In this document: piece by piece, positions 12,332 to 24,043 of the stretch
Layout of the letters: each line of letters opens with the position of its first letter
Position numbering within the stretch: the stretch's first letter is position 1
From: Klebsormidium nitens
Taxonomy: Eukaryota > Plantae > Klebsormidiophyceae
NCBI GenBank assembly: GCA_000708835.1
Contig: DF237322.1
Coordinates: 26,139-90,138, forward strand
Length of the DNA stretch: 64,000 nucleotides
Direction of reading: 5' to 3'
Notes under the pieces: generated by a model
Database searches by the model: none
What the model saw: the letters and a program-made list of their open reading frames with translations, nothing else
Told to the model about the DNA's origin: nothing
Translations under genes and position numbers: made by a program

Positions 12332-13071
12332 TAACAACTGCAACGCTCTTAGCTCGCTCTTAGCAAGCGTACAGTGGACGAAGCAATAGCTATGATAGAT
12401 TTGAAAAGGCCATGAAAAAATGAATGTTCATCACTAGCTAGCTGGGAGTCTGGGCAGTTTGCGCTGTGCGGGAGGCTGGAGCGAACGCGTTTGGCTGCGC
12501 ACTTGTGCACTGTAACCGCCCGGGCCCTGCGGCGTATACTGGCTCGTTTTTGGGGAGCACATTAGGCATGGGGACAGTCTCCGGTCGGTTAAGTCCCGCA
12601 GCTTTTGCGTGCTGGAATGCCCGGTAGGACAAAACTGGCCTGTTGCTTGTGGACAAGGCCCCTCAAGGCCCCTCGAGCAGGCCCCTAGCTGCGCCGCCGC
12701 AAGGCCACATGATGCATCAGTCATGCAGATGCCAGGTCTAGCGGCGCTAGGTCCTAGATCATGCAGGCAATGATGCATCCCCCGATCCCCTATCTCGGTC
12801 TTTCTCATAGTCAGATGGTCGTCCTCAACTCGACGCTAGCTACAGTAGACCCCCTCATCAGCTTGCTGTACCTATTCAAGGGGTCTGGTGAAAGGTCGTG
12901 AGACGACCGGGCTGGAATTTTGCTGTCGCTCCGTCCCCTCCGGCAGATTTGTTAACCGCACGGCTGCATGTTTGTGTGGTTGTTTGACTTGTCCAAGGAT
13001 CCTCGGGACCCTGCGTCGACTTCCGTTCTGGATCAGCAGCATTGTCAATCCGGGGATTGGAATAACTGCCT

Positions 13072-15015
13072 ATGGAAGGAGAAAGGATGGGGACATGGGA
13101 AGATCTGAGGAGAGAGGTCAGCCACCAAACGTAACCCTGACTATTACGCAAGCTGCATATCGAAGTTGCGCCCAAAGATCTGAGAATTTTTTTGCTGTTG
13201 TCAGGTTGGCAGTTTCAGATATCCCACAAGTTTCACCTAGCATACCCGCCAGAATTATCTAGTCTGCATCAATCTCTGTATTGCGAGCTGAAGACAGTTC
13301 AAAGGGGCAAAGGCCACTGTGTTTTCAAATGCGGAACAGGTTGCTGATTCTGCTCACTGTCCGGGCGTGTTCAGCTTGCTTTCACATGGTCATTATTTGT
13401 TGCAGGCGCGAAAGGTTGAGCACAGCTTGGACATGAAGCTGGCCGCCTACGCAAAAGCTGCTGATGATGGGTCAGCTACCAAGGTAGGCCCATCATCAGA
13501 GTCCTCTCAGACTTCTGAGCAACATCTCTGCAAAGCTTCATATGTCCTAAGTTGTTTTGACAACTTGTGATCTTGTGGAAACTCTCGGCTTGGCAACAAC
13601 CACTGCAAAGCAAGTGATGGTGTTCGAAGGTCACGCCTCCACCGTCTGCAGCTGCTCGAGATTGAGCACCTCCTTCAGCAACTTGGCGATATCAACAGAG
13701 CCTTGGTCAACATCCAATCAAGGACAGACACACATGCTCACGCCCTGGCAAGGCATCACAGTATCCTTGAGGATTTCACCAGGGTGAGAGACAGCTCGCA
13801 TTCCCACCATGGTCCAACATTGATGGCTGCACCATTGACCATAGCTGTTGGGTCATACCCAGTGCATTAGATGCCGCTTAGGTGGTCTGTTGCACTGACG
13901 TCCTTGAGCAGCCTAAAACATAAGAGGCACTTTGAGTTAGGAGACTGACTTGAGGTCAGAATCCATTCTGAGGGCCCGGACCAATACAATCATCCTGCGT
14001 TCCTTTAAGAGGTGGTGATGGTAAGATCCTCAGTCGTCCTCAGACTTGCTTGATTAAGCATCTCGTCATTGGCAGTCAGTGCTTGAGAAGTGTCTGTAAC
14101 AGCAGTCTGCACAGACAATTGCAAGAAGGGTCGCACACGCCCATGCTCGCTCAATTGTCACGCATTATCACCTGTGTCTTACATATGTGGCAGGAGTTCA
14201 GGCGCATCCAGAGTAGCGTGACCACCAGCCGCGAGCGTGCTGAGCTGGTGGGAGCCTTCCACTCGGTGAGAGAGGAGGACTTGGCCGGCTTGGGGCCCGC
14301 TTCGAGAGGGGCACAAGACTCGGCTCTCCTTCGAGAACATGGGGCAATCTATGGGAATGTTGCACAGGTGGGCCATTGAGGTGTAGCGGTCATCTCTCAA
14401 GCCCTCATACGTGCCATTCGTTCAGGTGAAGGGCGAACACAGATCCAAGTTGGGCTGCAGGCCTGATGCTTATAATCTCCATCGCTCAAAGACCAGACCT
14501 CAAAAGGAGCGGAGCATGCCATCTTTAAGGGTTTGTGAAGGCTGCAAGCAATTGTTTCTGTGGAGTCGGCCAATGTTGGGATTTTAGTCTGATCTGCTTT
14601 TCCTTTCCGCTTACAAGATTGACGAAGTCTTGGGACAAGCCCAAGAAACCTCCAACGCACTGTCGGCTCAAAGGGCGTTATTTTTGGGCATCAGCGGAAA
14701 GGTCAACAACCTTGGGGCCCATACCTTCCCTGCGGTAAGATCTCAACGAAATGCTTCATGAAGAGAAGTTTCAGTCTCTACTACAATGCATTCTCTAAAA
14801 CCTTTCCGAACCAGAATGATTCAGATTCTGCATTTTTCCTCTCTGCAGTAAGTGTTCCAGTGAACTTGCGACAACGTGCATTGACTTTTGCTCTCTTGCA
14901 GGTCAATAAACTGATATCGGACATCCGGAAAAGGAAGTCGAAGGACACGCTCATCCTGTCCACTACGATATCAATATGTACTCTACTAATCATCCTCTAC
15001 TGGCTTTCAAAATGA
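13072..15015 (+). CDS. GOS11: Golgi Qb-SNARE GOS11/GOSR1
   Basis: Six exons: MEGERMGTWEDLRRE | ARKVEHSLDMKLAAYAK | LLEIEHLL...ARHHSILEDFTR | EFRRIQSS...LLREHG | IDEVLGQAQET...NNLG | VNKLISDIRKRKSKDTLILS followed by a C-terminal TM anchor. Confidence 0.9.
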
Positions 15016-16081
15016 GCAAGACTTGCGGTTAGGGTGTTGAATCAACATATTGGTGTTTATCATTAATGTCGTAACTCGTCGTTCAATGTAGAGCTAGGAT
15101 AGCAACTGTCCATTATACTGCAAGTGTGAGTGAGCCTATACAGCTTATCATATCTGGTTTCCTGAGGTCGGGACGATCGACATGTATATGTAGGTGGAAA
15201 ACCCGAGCTTCTGAAAGCATATGTGTCATTGACATATATACTGCATCCGGATAAATTTCAACGCCCCCGAGATAATATGCTGAATTGAGTGCATGGCACC
15301 GGCCCTGGCTACCACGAGCACCATGGTTCCGATATATAACAAGTAACATCTAGAATTAGATCAGAGCTCAGTGCAGAAATTCCTTTAAAACACCATAAAA
15401 TATGTAGTAGAAGCATAAGTACAGCTAGCCGGTGCATGCAACCATGTGCAGATGCAGCCGGCGGCAGTGATATTGCTGATCAACCGAACTGATGCCTATG
15501 CAGGAATGTGACCGTAGGACGGCCGTCCATGCTAGGCAAGTAGAAGCTCCCTCGCGATCTGCTGTTCTCAGTTGAGTGCAGCAGCACACATGGCTTGTCT
15601 AACACCGGCTCGGGAATTAGGAGAACTTGGCACTTCCGCGAACGAGGTGAAAGGCAATTTCTCCTTTATTTACGCCCTTAATAAACATCAGAGCAATCAG
15701 ACGTGCCCTTCAGCACTAGTCTGCCGACCTTCAAAATACTGACAACATGTCCTCCTCTACAAGCAATCCACAAAGCCACTGTTGCCAGCTAGGAGTCTGT
15801 CAAGACGCATGTTCCATCCGCTTTTAATGTACACATGTAATCTGCAACACTGCTCGCGAAGCAACAACTTTGCCAAAGACCTTAATATGCAGTCTGTGGA
15901 CGCCCGGTAGCAAACCAAAAGAGCCCACACCACCTGCGAGCACGCAAGGCTTTGCAGAATGAGACGGGTCGCTATCCTCGCCTCAGTAATTTTCACGCCA
16001 CGCCCTTGAATCTGTACACCCCATTGAGAGACAAGACTCCGCCAAGCGACCCATCTTTGCTGGGTGCCCCCGCCGCGCGCG

Positions 16082-19000
16082 TTATTGGTAGTGCAGCAGC
16101 GACCAGTTCTGGTACATGATGGCCACGCACAGCATGTTCCCGGTGTCGTCCAGCACCTTCCACATCAGCGCCTTCTCGTACCCCACCGACTGCCCTTTGC
16201 ACGACAGAGTGACCCCTGGCGGCAAGTATGCATACCCCTGCAACCAAAGCAGGCAGAAACGAATCACACCGTGTTCTTTCAAGATGAAGTCAGGAAAAAC
16301 TTTGCTGCGAGCCCGGCCTACCTAGTACGGAACAGCGATTCGCAAACAAACTCTTGACGAGAGCAAGGGCGGTGCGCGCTGCGTCGGCTGACCTGCTGCA
16401 GGACTTGTGAAGAAGCGGCGTAGACGACCTTGCGGCCGTCCTCGTCCATGGACTTGTTCCAGTCGACGCCCGCCAGCTCGTGGATGGACGTCCCCAAAAT
16501 GTCCAGCCCCGCCTTGTTGGCAAAGGTGTACTCGGGGCTCGCCTGCACCAACCTCGCCCCTGTCAGTCATTTCCCCCCCGGCGGAACCAGTCCGGCCTCA
16601 GAGCAGCGACTGAGGCAGCATATGCCTCTGCCTGGCAGCTTTTGGGAGGAACTCGGCATTGCTTCACCCGGTACATCAAAGCGGCATCTGGCATGTCTCT
16701 AGTTCAGAATACTTGTAGACAGCCTCGTGCGCGCCAACTTGACGAGTTCTTCCTGGGGCGCCGCGCGGTGCGTACCTTGACCACCCAGCACAGGATGGCC
16801 GCCGGGTGCAGCCAGAAGGCCTTGAAGACGGCCTCGGAGGAGGGGTCCTTGTCGTCGCACAGGTCGCCGCCCATGTGCAGCTGGTAGCTCGACACCACGC
16901 GCTTCGCCAGCAGCAGCGCGTCCGGGCTCGCAGGCGGGCTGCGCGGACTCGGGGCCAGCGCCTGCGCACACCCCAGCAGCACCACCACGCTCAGGCGCTG
17001 CTCACCACGAGGGAGCGAGGCAGCCAAACACACAGCAGGAGGGAAAGGGGGCACTCGGGACTGGGGACCATGCATGGGCCACAAGCTTCTCGACAGACCC
17101 CCGGTGATGGGCTATGCCCCATGATCCGACGGAATCTTTGCGTACTTGCTCAACAAGCTGCTACTCAATCCAGCGGCTGGGAGTTTTGCAGCATGGGAGT
17201 TGGGGGCAGTCACCTTGATGCACGTGGGCGCGAGCGCCATGGCGACCCGCTGCACGCTGCCGACCACGCTGCGCACGTACTGGCGCGCCACCGCCGCCAC
17301 CGCCTCCTCCGAGTGCGGCTCGTACGCAAACTGGAACGCGATGCTCAGCACGGACTTCCAGCACTGCGTCACGTCGTCGCCGCTGCCCACCGGGTCGATC
17401 GCGTGCGCATCCAGGCTGTTCTGGCCGGCACGCCCGCCGCGCAGGCCGTCCGCCTTCTGCAACAGCACGGCAGCCCGGCAAAATCAACATTTGCGGGCAA
17501 CATGGGTCCACACCGCGGAACAAAAGTGGCAGAGGCTCAGCGTGGGACCTGAAGCCAAAGAAGAGCGCCAACGACGGCCTCAATCTGCCCGAGACACGTC
17601 GTGTGCTTCCGGAAGAGCACAACATGGTGCGCACATGGCAGCCAAGGAGGGAGAGTTGCCAAGGGACACGGCCTCGTCTGCTGTGCATTGCAGGCGGGAA
17701 ACGCATTTGCTGGACGGGATGCGCGTTGGCCTCACCAGTTCTTCGGTGTCCACGGGGATGACCCGGAAGCCGGAAGGGAGGAGGGGCACATCCGCGGCCG
17801 CTGCCGCGGCGTCGACGGGTGCAAAGACGAGCTGGGCGGCGGCGGCGGAGTGGACGTCGGGGCAGGTGCAGAGCTGCAGGAGGAATGTGTCGCCGTCCTT
17901 GGAGTACGAGTTGCGGCCCTCCAGCTTGACCAGCTCCAAAAACTCCTGGTCGTCCATGGCCACCGCCAGCGGGATGTCGCTCGGGAGCAGGCCCGCCTCG
18001 CCCGCCTTGCGCTGCCGCCGCAGCGTGCCCTGGATGGCGGCCGCCGTGGACGCGTCAATGTCGGGGTCGGCCCACTCGGCGCGGTGGTCGTGCATGAAGC
18101 GCACCAGCGTGGCGGGGGGCACGATCTGCAGCAGCATGCTTGCGCGCGCGCATAGCACGCCCCCGCTGCCGGCGCCGGCGTCCTTGGCACTGTTGGCGCG
18201 CGCCATCACGCTGACGTCGTCCATGCCGTCGCTGGGCAGGCTGACCCACTGCTCGTCCGCAAATGCGTTCACCGCCTCGTTGAAGCCCCTGCGTGCGAGA
18301 GGACGAGGTCAGTGCACTCCCCCTGTCAACTCTCTCTGCAATGGATCACGTCCTTCTAGGGACCCATGTTGCTGGAGCGTACAAGTCCCCTGCCTGGGTT
18401 GTCTCGAAGTTCCTCAGAGCGTTGGATATGCGGCTTGAGTTTGACAAATACGATGGAGCTTGGATACCTTCAATCCAGCCACAAAACAAAGAACTTGTCA
18501 ACCCCTTGAACGTGCAAAGGTTCTTGACGTGCAAACTAAGCGTTCAGAGCACATTGCAGTGTCTACCAGTTGGAGAAACAAATGCAAAAGAATCATCTTC
18601 CAGTTAAGCGCGGAGCTCGTGGCTGGCCTACCTCGCTAGGCGCTCGGTGATGACGCGCCAGGCGGCGGGCTGGTGCGTGGTGCCGGTATCGGAGTCGGGC
18701 CCTTCCTCCATGGCGACCCGCTTGAGGAAGCGCAGGGAGGAGAGCGTGTCGTGGTGGGCCAGCACCGCGCTCGACGAGTACAGCGGCTTCAGCACGTCCA
18801 GCACGCTCCACGGCTGCACCGCATAGGACCAGGAGAGTGAGCGGCGCAACCAGACCCGAGGACCAGCGTGGAGATCACAGTGCCAGCTTCAACAAGTATC
18901 GTCTTGTCGACTGTCTGTCCAGTGCTCGGCGGTCTTTCTGAGCATAAGAAACGGCTGTTCCAATATTTTTCTATATTCCACGTAAGGATTCAGGGCGGCA

Positions 19001-22000
19001 CCAGCAGTGCTGGCCTGCGGCAGGGTGGCACGTGGAAGCGCACCTCGAGGTCTAGGTGGTCCACTGCAATCAGGATGCAGCCGCCGCCGTCGCATGGCCG
19101 CAGCAGGAACCCCCCGGAGAACACCTCGCCGCGCACAAAAGCAGGGGCGGCAGGCACACTGGCCTCAGTACTGGCCAGTGACCGCTCGCAAATCTGCACA
19201 CATGAGGAGAGGGGCTGAGCAAAGACGCCCGAAACGGCACCCTGGAAGCGATGAGAGCCCTGAGGCGCCGAGCCTTGCAGCAAAGCTCTCCATGTCGGTT
19301 GCTGCTGGCACCACACTCAGCCAGCGCACAGATGGTCCACACAAGAAAGACCCCGTGCAAAGGATAAGAGGGGGGAATAAGCGACTGACCACAATGGCCC
19401 CATCATCCAAGACAGTGGTGTAGCGCACGGTGCAGAAGTCGCGCGGGGGTGCGAGGGTGGTTGGTGCGTACATCTGCACGCAGCGGGGGAGGCACTGAGC
19501 AGTAGCCATGCAGCGCAGGCCAGGGCAAGCTGGAGTCGCAGAAAAAGCACCGGGACGCCGGCCATGGACCAGCTTTGCAGGCCGAACGGCGGCCTTTTTG
19601 GGGCAGTAGCTAGCACAGCGCTAGGGCTTCTGGGCGACGCTCAAGGAAGCAGGGTGCTGGTGTTTGACAAACTCCTCCAACGCAGCACGTCTATCGCACA
19701 CTGACAGGCAGGAGGCCTTGCCGGATGCTGCCCTACCTGCGTGTAGAGCAGGTCCACACGGCCGGCCCCCGCGGCAGTGAAGCCCCCCAGCACCTCGCAT
19801 CGTCGGCAACCCCGCAGCCAGGCCGCCTTGTCCTTGAGCAACTCAGCCGCCTGCCAGAAGCAGCACGCACTCAGCAACCCAGCGCTAACTCGTTCCGACA
19901 AGTGCACTGCGCTTCACAGCGCTCCCGAAACAGAAGGAGTAAGACCCACCCAAGCGGTTCTGACAGAACTGGAGGAGGGAGAACATGGACTCCCGAGCCA
20001 ATGTAAGGGACCCCCTCTCTAAGTATCACCCCCTAAGATCAACAATCTGGGTTGATTGGATCCACTGATTGACCATCGATCGAAGGGGTTGAACAGCAAG
20101 GGGGTCCCTGGGGAGTCCGCGGCAGTCCCAGTTCTCCTTCCCTTTCTTTCAGATAGCAGAGCGTGTTGCGTGCTCACCTTTGAGGCTGGCAGAGAGACCA
20201 GTCCGCAGACGCGTGCGGCCACCCCGCGGGGCCCCTGCGCGATAGACGTGATCCCCAGGCTCTCTGCCCCCGACTTGAGCAGCGGCAGCTGCGTCCACTC
20301 CACAGCCGTCCCCGTCGCCTTGGCCAGAAACTCTTGGCACGCTTCCTGGGCGGACTGCAGCAGCCTGCATCCGCGGGCACAGGCAAAATCGTCACAACCC
20401 GCAGGGCCGACGGGCCACGGCACCCTTGTTCGGGGCAGCTGGGTTCAAGGCAACATGGGGGGTTTCCACCACCACTTCACCCTGCCACAGAGGGGAATGT
20501 GCCGTGTAGTTTGGCGGGGAGCCAAATCTTGCTTGTGCTTGTGCTTGTTGCGAACGCCAGCAGCTGAGGGTACCAACAACCACTACCGGCTGTGCATCTT
20601 TGCTTGTCCCAAAACGAGCTTGACCTTCTCTCACCGGTCCACCGTCTAAAGCGGGTAACGAGATTTGCTTGTCGATCTTACCAGCAACACCGCACGATTA
20701 CCTTCCCAAGATGCATACCCTGAGATTTAAATGTCAAGTTTAACAAGAAATCGCGCTACCAGCAGACAACCCGGCTGGCGCCGGGCCCATCTTGCCAAGA
20801 TTACCGGGACTGTGTTTAGGCGGGCGCTCACCCTGCGGTGTTGGAGGGAGTGCGCGTGGCAGCAACGGGTGCTAAGCCGGGCTTGATGTGCGCCAGCCCG
20901 AGCGTTAGCAGGGAGCCCTTGGCAGCGGCGTCCCCCTCCCCGTTGATGGTGGTCCCTGCGGAGTCGTCGGTGGGCAGGCTGAGCGAGGCGGACTGCTCGA
21001 GCGCTGCGTCGGTGAGCTTGCGGATCTGGTCGGGGAGCGCGTCCTCGTTGGGGCCCGCCAGCACCAGGCTCAGGTTGGGCGCCGGGGCTCCCTGCACCAC
21101 GCAGCACACGCCTCACGCACAGGAGCAGCAAACTGGAGGCTGAAAGCAGGCCGCGAGATGAAGCACTTGGGTAACTTTTAAAGAAACATACCAGGAGCTG
21201 CTCGACTAGAGGGTAGGCGGAGGAGAGACAAGAAAAAGCGGACCGTCTGCAGTCAAAATCCTTTGAATGGCCCAAACCAACCTAGTCGAAGGCAGACCCC
21301 CCGGACGACTGCCCTGATATACCTTTGAGCACTGCAGGGGTGGCAGAGTGGCAGGGGGTCTCACATTCTCGAGCTTGGGCAGGGCCTGGTTCATGGACTC
21401 GAGGCGGAGCTTGAGGAAGCGGTTCTCGGAGGAGAGCTGCAGCGCCTGCTTGGTGAGGCGGTCGTTCTCCTCCAGCAGCAGCTTGTTGAGCGCCGTCAGC
21501 TTGGCATTCACGCCCACCAGGCGGGAGCTCTCCTTGCGCTGCTTCTCTCGGCATCTGTATTCAAGCCAAGGGAACGCTTCACACAGCAGAACAAGGTCTG
21601 GGGCTGCAACCCGACCACGTGCAAACCGCACAGGCTGTGCAAACGACTTTTTGTTGTCGCTTGGCTCAGGGCACCCAGTGGCACACCAACCAAGCTCCAC
21701 CCCCACTTGCGAAGGGTGGGAAAGTCCGCAATGTTGTAGGTCTTGTCATGCTTTACTAGAAGAGCTCTGAAAGGCCAGCATTTCAAAGGTGGAGCAAGGT
21801 CACAAGCTGACAATGTCTTTCAGGATTTCAGCGAGCTGCGCTGGAACAAATAGGGTTTTGCACTCCGGTGCAATATCCAAGACTGCAATGCTACATTGCA
21901 CATGCTTGCAGACCTGCCTGAAGCAAAAGCAACAGGTGATCGAGGGGCCGCACACCCGTTGCAAAGTGCCTCTGCAAAGATCATTCTGCTGCTTTGTGTG

Positions 22001-22523
22001 CTACACAACTGCAAGCGGCACCCATCGCTGCACAATCTCATCAGCGAGCTTGTCACACTCTGCACAACGGCTGCTCATCTGAAAAGTTGACTATTTCTTG
22101 CAGAACGAGGCGATGCACTGAACCAAACGATCAACCAACTCTCTGTCCAACAAAGGCATGCAACAGCCTTCACGTCCACTTGTGTTTTGTAAGATCCCAG
22201 TGATTGCAGCCCACCAACCCTTGAGGCTGCCTTAACAAAAATGCTGACAAAAAAGATTCGACCCAAAACTCAGGATGCATGTGCATGGTAAGCTGGCAAA
22301 AAGCTGTGGCAGGATCCACGCAGACTTACCTTCTGTTTTGAAACCAGACTTTGATAGACTTGACATCGATGCCGGAAAGGGCAGGATAATCCTTGACCAG
22401 GGCCGCCCGCTTGGCAGCACTTGGCTTAGGGCACTCATTATACTCCTTCTCAAGGATTCGTAACTGCTCGCTGCTGTACTTGACATATCGGCCCCCTCCA
22501 CCGGTCTCCTCGCTGCCCCCCAT
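16082..22523 (-). CDS. C3HDZ: Class III homeodomain-leucine zipper transcription factor (HD-Zip-START-SAD-MEKHLA)
   Basis: Homeodomain RYVKYSSEQLRILEKEYNECPKPS...KVWFQNRR|CREKQRKE, leucine zipper, START domain (EFLAKATGTAVEW; MYAPTTLAPPRDFCTVRYT; LRPCDGGG), SAD (GFNEAV; RASMLLQIVPP; PLLPSGFRVIP) and MEKHLA (YTFANKAGLDILGT; GYAYLPPGV...YEKALMWKV). Confidence 0.95.
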
Positions 22524-23650
22524 GCTTGCGACAGAGGTAGGACCGTTATCCTCTCATACTCTGCCAGGAATGTCCCATTATCACTGTCAGCTGCTTTTCC
22601 CTGATTATCAAACCAGAGCACTGGCAGCAATCTAACAGCTTTCAACACAGCTGCCCGACCTCACTCCCTTAACCCAACTTATCCTTGCAACCATACAATT
22701 TTCATAGCACGCTGCGGCTCAATCTCGCTGTCATCCAACCGCTCCCGCCATCCTGGCTTGAGCAGATGTGAGACGGTTGCCTCCGACCATGGAGCTTTTG
22801 CATTGCCATAGACGTTCCAAAATCCGCCGTCAAATGATGCCCTGGCAATCGGCAACCTTTCTGCATTTCCTCCACATGCCAGACTGAAGCGCAGGTGCTG
22901 TGGCGGCTCGCCCTGGCCAGGCTGCATCAGAAGACTCCAGCAGCCAGCTAGGTAGATCATGCTCCTCCCTGAACATTAGAACGTGGGGTCATCAAACTTA
23001 CATTTAACCTGGCCGGGGGACACGCGATTTAGCTCTGCTTTTACCGTCCAACCTGTTGACGTTCAATTACTTGACGGTTCCGATTGCTTCTAACAAGGGC
23101 CCGGCTCATTTGACCCATGGTCCCTGACGGGCCTGACGCCGGCGGAGAAAGTAGAGGCTAAATAACCTGAGGATGTTATTATTGTCTTCCAAGAGTTCAA
23201 TCCGTACGCGGTCTTCGCATCTTCAGTGTAGGAGCAACCAGTGTGCGAGGTTGATGCGCATTGCGCGCTCCAAGTTGCAAATGAGCACCATCGACTATGG
23301 TACCGCACTGCGCAGTCTAATTGTGGATATGCGCAGTGCTGCGCACTGCAGTGCGCAACTTTTAGCAACGAGTTCACTGAAGCAATCATTGCCAAAATCA
23401 AACGAATCATAACCGCAAATCCAGGACTGACCAACATCATGACAAAAATTGACGTAATCACTTTTTTGCCTAAATCCGGTGCACCGTAGATGGATCATCA
23501 TTCTACGGTGCTGAGCTTGGAGTGCAGTACCATTTAATACAGGTACACTTTGAAGTGTACGGTTCCCCATAGATACACTGTACAGTACTGGCAACTCCCT
23601 TGTCTCACATTAAGGCCCAAGGGTACGTACCGTCACTTTGAAATGCGCAT

Positions 23651-24043
23651 GCACCCCCTTAGGTATTCTGTTGAGAGGCCCGGGGGCTTGGTTTGCTCCC
23701 GCCACTCAAAGGTGGGGAGGGAGGGGGGGCTTGAGGTATGTTTTGGCTTGGGGCGAAGCCCCAGCCGAATTTCAACTGAAAGACATGCTTTTCATGCTGA
23801 TTTATCATCTTTTAGACCACGGGTCCGAGATTCTAGACCATGAATGCAACAAAGAAGCACTTTTCAACGTTAAAAAGGGGCGAATCTATGCATACGACAG
23901 TGCTTTCGTCCAAAAGGTTTGCCCGGGTGGTGGCTATGTGGACCCGGGCCTTGACCTTATCTGTGAAGACAAGGCCGGGAGGGGGGGGGGCTTGAGGCCT
24001 TCCAGGCTCATGTGCCGGCCTCTAAAATACCTAACCGGGGTGC
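23651..24043. mobile_element. Putative MITE-like element of about 390 bp with imperfect inverted termini
   Basis: Left end GCACCCCCTTAGGTATT..GAGAGGCC; reverse complement of right end GCACCCCGGTTAGGTATTTTAGAGGCC. Internal direct repeat GGGAGGGGGGG..CTTGAGG near 23716 and 23976. No clear TSD. Confidence 0.45.

Noticed and set aside
12430-12845. Possible insertion bounded by GCTAGCT repeats
   Set aside because: No terminal inverted repeats, and the flanking motif is low-complexity.
13761-13768. GTATCCTT U12-like donor in GOS11
   Set aside because: Lies in conserved coding sequence (HSILEDF, matching RDILHEF); the in-phase donor is downstream at AGG|GTGAGA.
17146-18438. Long plus-strand ORFs (up to 430 aa) over the HD-Zip III gene
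   Set aside because: Antisense shadows of GC-rich exons with no recognisable motifs.
22995-23025. Resemblance to the U1 snRNA 5' end (ACTTAC...CCTGG)
   Set aside because: The motif is interrupted and there is no U1 stem-loop or Sm site.
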